64,000 bases of DNA from NCBI RefSeq assembly GCF_963514075.1, contig NC_083776.1, positions 18,758,415 to 18,822,414 of the forward strand, given 5' to 3'. Of this stretch, positions 1 to 11,488 are shown piece after piece (the stretch's first letter is position 1; every line of letters begins with the position of its first letter). The DNA is from Conger conger. Taxonomy: Eukaryota. A program made the position numbers and the translations under genes. The notes beneath the pieces were generated by a model. That model was given only the letters and a program-made list of their open reading frames with translations. It was not told where the DNA came from and did not search any database.

Positions 1-344
1 GTAACAGGGATCCTGCTGGGAGCCCAGGGCAAAAACATCAGACACAGCACCAGGACAAACCGCACCACAAATCAATCCTGGTCTTGTACTGGCTGTTATG
101 TAAGTGATATGTATTGTTATTGGTGAATACCAGTGGTAACCAACCCTGTTCCTGGAGATCTACTGTCCTGCAGGTTTTCATTTCAATCTTATTTTGGCAC
201 AACTGACTCTACTAATTAGCAGCTCAACAAGATCTTTAGCCATTGAATGAGGTGGGATGAGCTTTAATCTAAATATCACTCACTGGTCAACCCAGCCCAC
301 TAGAACTGCTGGTTATGACAACACAAGTTCACTTACATTATATT

Positions 345-500
345 ATTCCTGGCTCCATCCATACATCCATCCATCCATTATCTTAACCTGCTTATCCTGA
401 ACAGGGTCGCAGGGGGGCTGGAGCCTATCCCAGCATGCATTGGGCGAAAGGCAGGAATACATCCTGGACAGGTTGCTAGTCCATCGCAGGGCACATATTC
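345..500. mobile_element. Fragment of a widespread teleost SINE-like repeat (family C).
   Basis: The motif ..ccatccatccattatcttaacctgcttatcctgaacagggtcgcaggggggctggagcctatcccagcatgcattgggcgaaaggcaggaatacatcctggacaggttgctagtccatcgcagggcac.. recurs at 39465-39800. Confidence 0.6.
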
Positions 501-1149
501 CTAACTCCATAGTAATATTATAACTTAATTTTAAAAGCACATCTTCTGTGCTTGTAAAACAAGAAATTCACAACTGGGTGCATGATCAAAGTAAGATGTG
601 ATCAGCCATGCAAAAACTGTACCAGACAAAGCTGTATAAAGTAACGATGTGTTATGTGAACAGTTATTCGAGGTTTCAGATTTTATCATTAACAGTTGGC
701 CAGAGGGCTAGGGAGGAGACATAGACACTTCTGTTGCAGAGGATCTGAAAATGGCATTCTTCTGAAGTCAGGTATCTCTACCCCCAGGCTATGTCTTCAC
801 CACAAACAGCTGCGGGTTTGCTTTTAAAAGCATATCTTTCCTGAAGGATCTGCATGGGTCTTGTATTACATAACAAGGACATACCACATAGCATCCCTGT
901 GTCTTTGTGGACCAGTGTGTTACAGGTCTGTACTATGTTAGCCCTGGTGGAAATCCTAGCTGCCAGCCTAAGATGGAATCTCATGGAATCAGCTTCTAGT
1001 CTAGCTGGATAAACCTTTCATTTGGACCAACTGGACATGATTTAGCCAGCATGGTTGCGGTCTGAACCATCTTGTTGCAAGCTTGACAATCTACAGCTAC
1101 AAACCACTGGATCAGCTTAAAACCAGACTAGAACCAAGCTGGAATTTCC

Positions 1150-1350
1150 ACCAGCTATAACCATGCCAGGCACCAACCAGCTTGTCGAGAGCAATAGGTG
1201 GTTAGGTGTCTTGCTCAGGGACATTTCGACACACACAGGGCAGGGTATAGCAACTCTCCGTCTACCTCTTTCATTACCTCCGGAGCTAATGTCGCCCCAC
1301 TTTTAAGCACTTTGTTGCATGTTGCTCTGGATAAGAGCATCTACCAAATG
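1150..1350 (+). mobile_element. tRNA-derived SINE, family A.
   Basis: It contains ..ccatgccaggcaccaaccagcttgtcgagagcaataggtggttaggtgtcttgctcagggacatttcgacacac..ctccggagctaatgtcgcccc.. and the shared tail ..ttgctctggataagagcatctaccaaatgac. Confidence 0.7.
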
Positions 1351-4300
1351 ACGGTAATGTAACAGCTATTGGTGTGATGGTGTGAATGATTGTAAAGCAA
1401 CAGCTATTGATGCGATGATGTGAATGATGCTTTAGGTTACACACTGGTTGTGTCACTGTCTCTCAGGGAGCAGTAGAGCACTGCGGTTGAAGTTGTGGTG
1501 GGAATGATGTTGAATGAACTGATTGAGGATGTCACTCTGTGCAGGGATCCGCTGCAGAGACAGTGCTGGTCTTTAATCCCGTCGACAGAGAAGGAAGAAG
1601 GTTTAGGACAGGAGGTTCCCCACGTGGGCGTTGGAGTTAGGCGATGCGTGCCAATAGCCACACGAACCTCTCCAGGAGCTTTTCAACAGAGAGTGGGAGG
1701 GCACGGGGGACTCCAGGGGGACGGGGGGCAAGGGGGACGGGGGGTCAAATCCCTTTCTTCTGAAGGTGGGAAAGGTCAGGAACCTGCCAGGCTCTGACGC
1801 TCACATGAAAAAGAAATCCCTGGCCCTCTTTGGCGAAATGTCAGCTTTGAAGGCGGGTAAATCCGTACGGGTTCTCGCTGCTCTGATCCCCAGAATATCC
1901 GGGAGTCCTGATGAGGTGGTCAGGTGGCTGTTCTTTCCATAAGAGTACAGTACATGCTGTGCCAGGCCAGGTTTTAAAGGTCAGAGACACCCGGCAACAC
2001 CCTGGCAACGGTCGACGTACACAGGTCTCCATGGGTACCTAGAGGAGCTTCTGTGCCCCTCTTTCGCTTCACCTTTCTGCCCAAGGGGGTTCCCTGCCTG
2101 AGGAGTAGCCAGTCTGGTGAGAAAAGTAGTCAGCTAGGGGTGTTTGCAATCGGGATATTTTTTTATCAAAATTCATTTTTACTAAATGAATTGGCAGACC
2201 TTAAAGATTTTCTGGTTGTCTGTAGTCGCCCATTAACCGACAGCAAGCACTTGGGGAACTCCCTGTATCCCCTCCATGAATCTCCTAATATTGAGTAACT
2301 GCTGCCGTTCTGTTGTTTGTGAGTTATGTAACTTGCTTAGGGGAGCAGGACTGGAAAAGATGAAACTGTCATGTTGCTGCTATCAAGCTATTTGTTTTCT
2401 CTACACAAAACAGGTGTAAGACCACAAAGAAATGTAATCTTTCATCCTTAAAAGCACGGGCCATCGGTTTCTAAAAAATATTTGTGAGTGTGCAATTCTA
2501 AGAAAAAAGTTAATGGTTTTCCTGCTGTTAGGTGAGAGTTCATTTTTACGGAGTTAGCCTGATAACTGCACTGAGTAAAAAGGAGTAATTCTCCAAAATC
2601 AACACTATCCAGCAGTTTCTACTACTGAAGCTAAAGACAGCAGCACTTTGCTTAACTCAGACCGATGAGAAACGTCCACCAGTTTTTCAAAGCCATCCCT
2701 TACCTGCCATTCTTCACTCATTTAGTTTTCTTCCTTGGTGCCCAAGATCGTATCTGGCATTTGTTAAGGAATTAATGAGAATTAATTAATTCATTTTAAA
2801 TCACCATTCATTCATGTCGATATTTCACAAGTGTGATGTTTTATTATATTTGTTACAATTGTCATGTGCGTTACAGATCTGATATACACAATGTAGAAAT
2901 GCTGCACTATTGCAGCAGACAGACTATCATAGACAGCAGCGGGATTGGCATGTACAAAAATACACATTCACTTCCTTACAAACTACCACTCCAGAATCAT
3001 ACTAATGTACATATAAAACTATACACAATAAACAAATGGAGGTTATGGAAATATATTATATATAAAGTTTTTGCATTATACATGTATGAAGTATTGGCAG
3101 CAAAGTGACAGCATAAACATTTTAAAAATACCAACAATACATAAATATACTATGTACACCTGTGACTACACATATACCTACACAAACATACTCCCCACGT
3201 TTTTGCCACTGTGTCTTCTCTATTATAAACAGAGACTGGGATAGGATGAAAGTGCTGCAACATTTTTGTATTCCTACATTCCTGCCGGGACCTTTAAATC
3301 ATTCCCTATAAGCTGTCCTTCATTGACAGCAACTACTGGCTAAAATGGAATGCTGAGAATAGGCTAATTCACTTTTTATTGGGATATAATCGGGATTGCC
3401 ACTTTGATAGCTATGGTGATGGCACAGTTCTTTAACTTGCTCAAAAGGGTATTGCTCCAAGTAGCTACATAGTGCTGTATTAAAACCACTAAGTGTGTTT
3501 TCAAAGAAAGTCTAACACAAAATAAGAAATACCATTAGCTCATGAACAGTATTTCCTTCATACAAGATCTCTATTTTCAAAGGTTTTTGCCAATTTTACT
3601 ACTGCCAATGCCAACATAAAAAATAGCATAGCATATTGTCAATGACAATGATAACTGACTATAGCAAATACACACAGATGTATACTGTGGCTTGTGTGTT
3701 ATAATATATTTATGAAACACTGGCACATAATAGGTTACCTTTAAGGGGGTATAATCTCCACCTGGCTATTCTGTATCAGAGATAAAAGACCGATATCACA
3801 GTTCTCACACGCCTACAACAGTACACATACAGTAGGCCTAAAATTATTACTTGAATTAAAGTCCTACAGTAATTGTCTTATCTTTTATTACAAAATACAT
3901 ACATGGACACAGTTACTCCCACACTTGACAACTGAAGTCGACAACTAGCTTGGAGTCTAGCTTTAACACCTGTTAATATCATTTATTATGCAGCAGAAAC
4001 TAGTGCACAGTCTATTAGCTACATCAGTACTTTGTAAAGTACAGTATTTTTGTAAAGTTGTAAATGTAAATGCACAGAAACAGCACATTATATATCTAGA
4101 CAGCGTTTCTGCTAGTTCCATTGCTAGTTAATATATTTTTTACAAGAAATGGACCCTGTACAATACACTATACAGCTGTGACTGCTATATACTGTAGTGT
4201 AAATGCAAGCTGTTGGTTTGGGTGGGTAGCGTCTTTGTTCCTAGAAGGTGCATTAGTGTGGACACAAAAAGGAAAATAGTTTCATGGTGTGTCTGTGTGT

Positions 4301-4488
4301 GTAAGAGACCCTTATGTGAGGAAGATTTAGGACTGCGTGTTTGAGAATCGTTGTTTCAGTCCAGAGTGCTTTTCAAGGTCTGGGTGGGGCAGGATGGTGT
4401 GGACAGCACTGTACACAATGTACAGCTGGCTGCCAGAGAACCAGGAAGTAGACTCGACAGCAAGTCCATTTTGGAAATGATCCTCTTC

Positions 4489-6206
4489 TCACACGTAAGA
4501 CTCTTCAGCGAAAAGCATTTGGTCGAAGTCGTCGAACCTGGGGTCGCTGCACCTCCTGCTCTGCCACTCCCGCTTGGTCTGGACAATGGCCGAGGCCACC
4601 TCCTGTGTGCTTCTGCAGCAGGAATCGGGGTCTGTGTGGGTGTGCGAGAAGTAGTCCCTCACGGCCTGGCAGAACCTGGGCTCCGGGCCCAGCCCCTGGC
4701 TGCTGCGGAGAGGCTCCAGCGGCCCAGAGTCCTGGGGGCTCCTGCCCAGCGAGGCCTTGCCGTCCTGGCCCAGTACCTGCTTGTGCAGGCTCTCTAGGTC
4801 AGGGGTGGAGATCCGGCGCAAAACGCAGCGGCCTACCGAGGGTTCCGACGCCCGCCGGCCCATGCTGGAGGTCCTGTTTGAACCTTCCTTGGCTGGGATG
4901 AGGGAGTGGGAATTTTGCCTCTGGAGAGTCAAGCTGGAGGAGGCTTGTCCAAAGAACACTGACTGGGGCAGACCGCCTCTTACCGACGACGCGTTCTTCT
5001 GAGTGACGTCACTTCCTGCGCTCCTTGCCGACGCCTGGTCATGCAGCTGCCTCAGTTCCTTCACGGTCAGCACTTTATCTGTGGCCTTGCAGACGGGGGA
5101 CCTGGGGTCCTGCATTTGCAGCATGGCTTGTTGGTAGGAGGGAGGGCTGTTGGCCCTCTTCCTAGAAGGTTCTCCAAGTCCATGGGCTTTCCTGTCATTG
5201 CTCAGTGACAACCCATTGGAGGGGAGGGACTTGTTGTTCTGCCCATTGCCCAGCTCCCAAGGTTCTTCCTCATCCCAGCCAGTCATGTCCTGCTGCCGTA
5301 GCGACAGTCGCCGGTCCCTCTTCAGCCACGTGTTGGGGTGCAGGCCATGGGCGATCTTGTGTTGGCCCCACTCGCAGGGCTCCCTGGGGGCTGAACTAGG
5401 GGTGATGGCGTTGCCATGGGAGAGCGGAGAGGTGGTGACAGGGGAACGAGGGGAAGTTGGGGCAGGGGTTTTGGGGGAGGAGGTCCCCCGAGCACCCGAG
5501 GGCTCGACGGGGGCAGGGGCCGTGCAGTCCATGGAGCACTGGGAGAAGGCGCTGTCCAGCGAGCTCATGGATGAGCCTGAGGGGGACGTGGCGGGGGAGG
5601 ACAGGCTGGAGCAGCTGACGTCCAGACGCAGCGGCGAGGGGAGCTTGTGTTTCCGCCGCAGGACGTCCCGCAAAGTCCGCTTGTCCGGCTCGACCTCCCT
5701 GCCCCCGTCCCCTGGACCCGTTTGCCCGGCCCGGGTAAGTGAGTCACCCAGGCATTGCACAAAAACATCACCCTCGCCTTGTCCGCCGCACATCACACCG
5801 TCGTAGCTGGTTTTGCGGACCGCCATGTTGTGCTGCCCGAGGTTTGGCACCAGGCTGGAGGCGGGGTGCCGGATGGCGGGTTCAGAACATCGCCGGAGCC
5901 AGCGGCCCCCCTGGCAAGCCCGGGCGTCCTGCTCGGAAGGAGGGTCGGGCTGGTGCCCGGACTGGGTGAACTTCCTGGGGTTGACCGCCTGTCGGCGGAC
6001 GGGTGTATGGGGCACGGGGTCAGGGTCATGGTCGGGGTCGGGCTGGTCCAGGTCGCAGTCGCTCAGGGTGATGACGGAGTCACGGCTCCTGTTCTCCTGC
6101 TTGTCCTTGCAGCCCCGCAAGTCCTGGAAGGGCGACTCGGTGTCCTCGTTCAACTCGTTCTCCAGACTGTCATAGGACGAGTCGTTCAGCTGGACGGTGG
6201 ACACAT
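4489..6206 (-). CDS. arhgap20: arhgap20 terminal coding exon (exon n). It encodes about 572 aa of Ser/Pro-rich disordered C-terminal tail. The stop TGA is at 4489-4491.
   Basis: The exon is an uninterrupted 1.7-kb ORF. The acceptor ctacctgcag| lies at 6207-6209. The tail begins DVSTVQLNDSSYDSLENELNED...SVITLSDCDLDQP, which matches my recall of the ARHGAP20 (RA-RhoGAP) family tail. The protein ends ...RRCSDPRFDDFDQMLFAEESYV*. Phase is continuous with the upstream exon (G+AT gives Asp). Confidence 0.85.
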
Positions 6207-6224
6207 CTGCAGGTAGAGACACAA

Positions 6225-6410
6225 TGTCATTACATTATACTTATTTTAGATCACTTACAGTTGATTTGGCTTATCAGGGGACAATCCCGCCTGGAGCAAT
6301 GTTGGGTTAAGGGCCTCACTAAAGGGCCCACAAATCTTAGTGTGGTTACACTGGGGTTTGAATGACCAACCTTCCGGGTCCCAGTCAAGCAAATTAGCCA
6401 CCTGCACTCT
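6225..6410 (-). mobile_element. tRNA-derived SINE, family B, inserted in the arhgap20 intron.
   Basis: It contains ..cttatcaggggacaatcccgcctggagcaatgttgggttaagggcctcactaaagggcc..ggtttgaatgaccaaccttccgggtcccagtc.. and is homologous to 14565-14795. Confidence 0.65.
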
Positions 6411-6413
6411 CCT

Positions 6414-7012
6414 GTCAGTCTCATATATACTCAGTGACCACTTCATTAGGTATTTATTTGACTCATATCTTTGTCATATCTATTTGACTTATTGGTCTTC
6501 TGCTGCTGAAGCCCATCTACTTCAAGGTTCGATGTGTTGTGTTTTTGGAGATGCACTTCTGCATACTACTGTTGTAGAAGTAAATGAAAGAAATTACTGT
6601 TCATGCAGCTTCCAACGGTGTTGAAATCTCAACAGCTAATGGCTTTTGGCCAGTAACTTAGATCACATTTCTTCTCCATTCTAATATGATGTTTGATATG
6701 AACAACTGAGTCTATAGACCAGAGGTCATCAATTCACGGTCCTCAAGGTCCAAGAACTGCTGGTTTTCCACCATCCCTTTACCTGGGAGTCAGGTGTGAG
6801 GACAGTCTGGCCAATCAGTAACACCAATTGTTGAGCTAATCACTTGGGAGAAAAGAAAACCAGGGACGGATTTGGATTCGAGGTCCAGATTTGATGATGG
6901 CTGCTGTAGACCATGTCTGCATGCTTTTTTGCACTGAGTTGCTGCCACTTGGCTGATCAGAAATTTGCATTGAGGAGCTGGTGTGTACCTAATAAAGTGG
7001 TCACTGTGTGAA
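6414..7012. mobile_element. Non-autonomous TIR DNA transposon (MITE, family D) with a nested insertion of another repeat (R2, 6720-6905). It lies in the arhgap20 intron.
   Basis: The TIRs are tactcagtgaccacttcattaggtatttat... and ...tacctaataaagtggtcactgtgtga. The second copy at 52858-53155 has no insert, so its sequence is collinear with the regions flanking the insert here. Confidence 0.65.
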
Positions 7013-7796
7013 TGTGGCACATGTAGCCAATGGTCCATTCATCAGCATAAGGAGAGCTGGAATGGGAGCAGTGTGTTGAAATGGCCTCAAACACGACTGT
7101 AATTAAGCCCGTAATTACAGGGGGCAGAATTTGATAATGAGAGGTGATTGTCTGAACGAGCCACTGAATAGCAGTGTGTTGTGACACCACTCCACAGAGC
7201 TTTGGCTGTGCAGAGAGTACAACACCTCCTTTCTCCCTCCACTGTGGGCTCTTTAGCACCGGGAAATGGCCACCGGTCAAAAAATAAAAAACGCTGTTGT
7301 TTCAGCCACAAGCCATTGGCCCGCTCTCTCTCTCTCAGACACTCGACCCTGTAGACCTTTACACAGGACAGTGGCCAATGAGATCACCAGCAGGCCGTTC
7401 CTGTTTGGCTCTGTTTCATGATGGAGGCATTCCAATGGAAATGGACAAACTGACCAATTCACAGGATAATCACACCAATGAACTTGATATCCTCGGTACA
7501 AACACACAAACTAACAGACGTGGCTAACAGGCCTATTCACTGTGTAAGTGCACCAACATATTGTGTGTGTGTGTATGTGTGTGTGTACTTGCACGCACGT
7601 GCATGTCTGTAGGAGTGGGTTCCCAATCCCACAAGTCCTAAAAGGAATACCTATTATAATGAAAACAGGGAAAAGTGTTTGGTTGGCAGCACAAATAAAT
7701 AGCTAGTGATCTTTATAAAGCTAATGAACAATTATTTATACATCCAATCAAACAGTTATCCCTCAACTCATTTTAGTCAGAAGACATGATGTTTAC

Positions 7797-7905
7797 CAGA
7801 TATGTGGCTGCTGCCCTTATGTGGGAATCCACCAAACAAGGAAGTGACATCATCTCCCAGCACCTCACAGCAGTGTTCAATCATGAAGCGGACCACCTCG
7901 GACAC
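7797..7905 (-). CDS. arhgap20: arhgap20 exon m, post-GAP segment (VSEVVRFMIEHCCEVLGDDVTSLFGGFPHKGSSHIS).
   Basis: Acceptor tgtcctcag| and donor G|gtaaac. The exon is 109 bp (36 codons + 1). It aligns with the ARHGAP20/TAGAP motif V..LV.FLI.NC..IFGE.I. Phase is consistent with the flanking exons. Confidence 0.75.
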
Positions 7906-8320
7906 CTGAGGACAGAGCGGGGGTCATCAGAGCGTTTACAACAACAACAACCCAGTAGCTCCAGCAGGATTCCATTTTTTGGAACACAGAGAATATACAG
8001 TCCAAGCTTCTGTCTCATCTTAATTAAGATAAAAATATGCAGTAAAATAAAACACTGTTGGACATTCAGTCACACAATCATATAAATCTGCAAGGGGACC
8101 TGGAGCTGTCATTTCTCAACTGTCATTTTGTCTGAAGGCCAAAAAGAGACCACAGTTTGGCTGCTGTCATAGGCGTTTGAAAAGCTCTTTTTATTTTTAC
8201 CCTGCCAGCCAGACACTCATTGCGCTGTTTATCCTAAAAAAAGAATCTAAATTATATCTGTGGGTTGTGTGGGAAACAAATGGAAGAAGAGAAGAGCTCT
8301 TGTGTGATCTGAGGTCTCGG

Positions 8321-8445
8321 AGAGTCACCTACACTTCACCATACAGGCTGTGATTGGCTTTGAGAGTCCCATACACTTCACCACACAGGCTGTGATTGGC
8401 CCTTAGAGTCCCCTACACTTCACCACACAGGCTGTGATTGGTTCT
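8321..8445. repeat. Tandem repeat of 3 x 42 bp. Each unit carries GATTGG, an inverted CCAAT box.
   Basis: The unit is agagtc.c.tacacttcaccacacaggctgtgattgg...., repeated three times at more than 90% identity. It lies in the arhgap20 intron between exons l and m. Confidence 0.7.
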
Positions 8446-8754
8446 TTCCTGTGGAATGTCTACATCTCATGTTTTTATGTCTGCGCTGAGCTAATGGAAA
8501 GCCAGTACATACACAAACAAACAAACTAGGCTAGAAGACTAAAAACTCCAGTTTTCACAAAGAGAGCTGCCCTCAGGAATCTAAAGGAAAAGCTTTGGTT
8601 TTTCTCTGTTGGGGAAAAGCAAAACTCAATGCTCACATCTTTTCTGGTCAACTGAAAGTGTAACAATTTGTATTCTTTTACAGGAGTTAGGAAAACAGAT
8701 TTATGACAATCCACCATAACTTTACTATTGTGCAGATGGCCTGGTGAGCTATCA

Positions 8755-8990
8755 CAAACACACACAGACACACACACAAACACACCCACAAACACACACA
8801 GACACACACACAAACACACATGGACACATACACAAACACACACGGACACACACAGACACAAACACGCACATGAACACACTCACACGAACATGTACACTAA
8901 AACATGCATATGGACACACACAAGCATGCACAGGGCCACGCGCACACATACACACACAAATACTCAAGGACACACAATTGCAATACCAAT
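8755..8990. repeat. Compound CA-rich microsatellite, (CA)n/(CACG)n.
   Basis: cacacagacacacacacaaacacaccc... The His/Thr-rich and Cys/Val-rich six-frame ORFs here are artefacts of the repeat. Confidence 0.9.
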
Positions 8991-9358
8991 TAGCCAAGCC
9001 AGCACGGCTTTGGACTGTGGAAGGAAAACTAGGGCACTGTACACTGAATTAAACCTGAGAACCCCTTAGGTTACACAGCTAAGGTACCTCATTGTCAATC
9101 ATAGAATGATGACGTTTATTCTACATACAGCATATTCACACCTAGCCTGTCTGACTGACTACAGCTAAAGATTCAAGGTAATTCCAAGTTACCTTTCAAG
9201 AGTATAGCTGTGGTTTATACACTTTCATCCTAAGCAAAAAAACAGCAGAAACAGTCAGAGGGATTGAAAACGCTCATGAAAAATGGAGCATTGATTGGCT
9301 GGAATAATGAAAGGCAGTGGTATCAATGGCGATTGCAGCCTGGAGCCTGTGGCCTCAC

Positions 9359-9548
9359 CTTCTTGGTGCCTTCACTCTCCACGTCCGGGCTGCAGGGGGC
9401 GGGAGCCCAGAGCATGCTGGGAGCGATGCAGACGGAGAGGTTGAAGCTGTTCATCTGGTTGTCCTGAGCGTGGCGCTGGATGCAGTGCAGCACAGCCAGC
9501 ATGTGCCTCAGGAGCGACTGGTTCTCCCGCGGCAGGCTCTGCACCAAC
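9359..9548 (-). CDS. arhgap20: arhgap20 exon l, third RhoGAP-domain exon (...LVQSLPRENQSLLRHMLAVLHCIQRHAQDNQMNSFNLSVCIAPSMLW...PDVESEGTKK).
   Basis: The RhoGAP signature M..NLAVC..P.LL is present as MNSFNLSVCIAPSML. Acceptor cctcccag| and donor AAG|gtgagg. The exon is 190 bp and phase is consistent. Confidence 0.85.
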
Positions 9549-10066
9549 CTGGGAGGGGTCAGAGGTCAAGGGACAATCATTCTGTGACCTCCCCATTTAT
9601 TATTTTTAATTCTCCTTTACCTTTGGTACAAGTGTCCTCTCTTTTAGAGATGGGACGGTATGTACCCTGTTATTTTTTGCTTCTAGGAAATAGTTTGTGG
9701 GGCTAACACACTTCAATTGTTGCTCGTTCTGTATATTTTGTTTTTTTTTGGGGAGACTGACAAGAATTTATTTTCCTATTAGAACCTTTGCAACCTCTCT
9801 CTGTATCTCCCCTCATTCTCTCTCTCTCCTCTCCCCTTCCCCCCTCTCTCTTGGTGCGGTGCCTCGGTTTCAGGGGGCAGCAACTGAGCCTGTGAGAAAA
9901 GAACCCTGGAAATAAACAAGACTGTGGGTGGTTTGGGGTTTTAGAACTCCTGTGATCTGGATATTTTTTTCCATTGACCAAAGAAACACCTAACTGTAGC
10001 TGAGTCAGCTGGACTGTTATGATGTACTAAGCTAGCCTGGAAGCCAAAATGCATCTGTACTGGTAC

Positions 10067-10173
10067 CTCTGGACTGCCTGCACCTTGTCCTCCTCGCAGT
10101 CACCCGCCAGCCCCACCCACTGCTCATAGAGGTCCTGGGACAGCAGGCTGCCTGGGATGTGCCTCAGGAAGTC
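10067..10173 (-). CDS. arhgap20: arhgap20 exon k, second RhoGAP-domain exon (DFLRHIPGSLLSQDLYEQWVGLAGDCEEDKVQAVQR).
   Basis: The motif KDFLR.IPGSL.SSDLY..W is typical of the ARHGAP20/TAGAP GAP domain. Acceptor tctccgctcag| and donor CAGAG|gtacca. The exon is 107 bp. Confidence 0.85.
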
Positions 10174-10219
10174 CTGAGCGGAGACATGTTACTGTATGAA
10201 CAGGGCTGTATAAATAAGC

Positions 10220-10223
<4 letters not shown>

Positions 10224-10257
<34 letters not shown>

Positions 10258-10258
10258 T
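10224..10258. repeat. (TTGA)n microsatellite.
   Basis: gattgattgattgattgattgattgattgatt. Confidence 0.9.
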
Positions 10259-10294
10259 CCACCATACAGTTTATCATGCACTGTACTGCATCCA

Positions 10295-10395
10295 CGCAAT
10301 AGGCCATACAGGTCAAAGCAATGGAGTTCTAGAACACTGACTGACTAAATTAGAAAGAAACCATCCCAAAAAACCTCTTCAGAGGGTTTAATGAT
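10295..10395. repeat. Interspersed repeat family E (the ggagttctagaacac... palindrome-containing element).
   Basis: It is homologous to 26935-27100 and 37480-37680 (..cattggagttctagaacaccgac...ccaaaaaaccctactcttcaaagggtta..). Confidence 0.5.
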
Positions 10396-10790
10396 ACGAT
10401 GTGTGAGGAATAAGAGTTCACACTGACTAGTGTGGGGAAGGCAGGCTAGATAACTCACTGAATAGTCACTAAGCCCCATATGTCGCTATACTATATGTGA
10501 GCTTGTTTGCCACAACCTAAGCTGTGGAACTCTAATAAAGACATGTGTGGTTGATAAAAAGTCACAAATATACTTGGTTTGGCTTAAATCTGTTTTAAGA
10601 CACACAGGAGACTGCACATGTCATGCTGAACTCATGCTGGGAAGTCATCCTAAGATATGCATAATTGTACCAATAGCAATAGTTTTACTTGGATCATGGA
10701 ACACAAATGGAAAGCTCTAGGATGATATGAGAAGCTCTAAAACATGATAAATATGCGTGAGGGCTTTTAAACACCCAGCCCCCGTTCTAC

Positions 10791-10955
10791 CTTGAAGACG
10801 GCGGCGGTGACGAAGATGGTCTCGCAGGTGAGAGGGAGGGTTTCGGTCCCAGTGTTCAGCCGCTCCTTCATCTCACGGCAGGCCTTCGCACTCGCTGAGC
10901 GCCGGAATATTCCGCGGGTGAACGGGCCCTCCCGGAAGAGAAACGCCAACATATC
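10791..10955 (-). CDS. arhgap20: arhgap20 exon j, first RhoGAP-domain exon (DMLAFLFREGPFTRGIFRRSASAKACREMKERLNTG...IFVTAAVFK). It contains the catalytic arginine finger (GIFRRS).
   Basis: The GIFR(R/Q)SAN...C.ELKE.LN.G motif is present. The acceptor ctctctctgtag| follows a roughly 140-nt polypyrimidine tract. Donor AAG|gtagaa. The exon is 165 bp and in frame. Confidence 0.85.
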
Positions 10956-11125
10956 CTACAGAGAGAGAGGGGGGAAGGGGGGAGGGAGTGAGAGAGAGGG
11001 AAAGGGAGAGGGGGAGGGAGCGAGAGAGAGGGACAGAGAGAGAGAGGGGGGGGAAAGGGAGAGGGGGTGGGAGCGAGAGAGAGGGAAAAAGAGTGAGTGA
11101 CTGACTGACTGACTGACTGACTATG
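10955..11125. repeat. Polypurine/polypyrimidine tract of about 140 nt (GAGAGGGA-like) followed by (CTGA)7.
   Basis: gagagagaggggggaaggggggagggagtgagagagagggaaaggg...gactgactgactgactgactgact. On the minus strand this forms the polypyrimidine tract directly 5' of the arhgap20 exon j acceptor at 10955. Confidence 0.85.
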
Positions 11126-11488
11126 TCTAAATGAGTGACTGAGTGTGTGTGTGTATGTGTGTCCATGTACAAGCTGGCTGTGAGAGTGCCTTACAAAAAC
11201 AGACTCTAATGGCATTCCTTCAGAATTATAAGGACTTGTCTGAGGACTATTTTGAATGGAGATTCTCCATACAAGACTCAATTTAGTCCAGGACTTAACC
11301 TGTGTGTATGAAACCAGCTCATACAGTATTACAGTAGTTTTCTTGAATTATTTTAAAGTACAACAACCCTAGTCTGCTGTTTTTTCCATTGGTAACTGTG
11401 AGTGTTGCTCAGGCTTTCTGGCAGGGGTGTCCAGTCTGATCTGCACAGGGCCGGTATGGGTGCAGGCAGCTGGGGGCGGGGCACTCAC

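Noticed and set aside
1540-1580. Cluster of GGATCC, CTGCAG and GTCGAC sites within 40 bp, with KpnI, NcoI and SalI sites near 2030. This raised the possibility of a cloning-vector polylinker.
   Set aside because: The flanking sequence is ordinary genomic DNA, contiguous with the arhgap20 3' region, and there are no vector backbone features. I treat it as chance clustering in a GC-rich patch.
8526-9069. Cys/Val-rich and His/Thr-rich ORFs at 8526..8879, 8728..9069 and 8744..9052. The same patterns recur at 13805-14336, 20325-20962, 37688-38432, 44447-45011 and 56514-56865.
   Set aside because: All lie on (CA)n/(GT)n compound microsatellites. They have no start context and no homology, and both strands stay open simultaneously.
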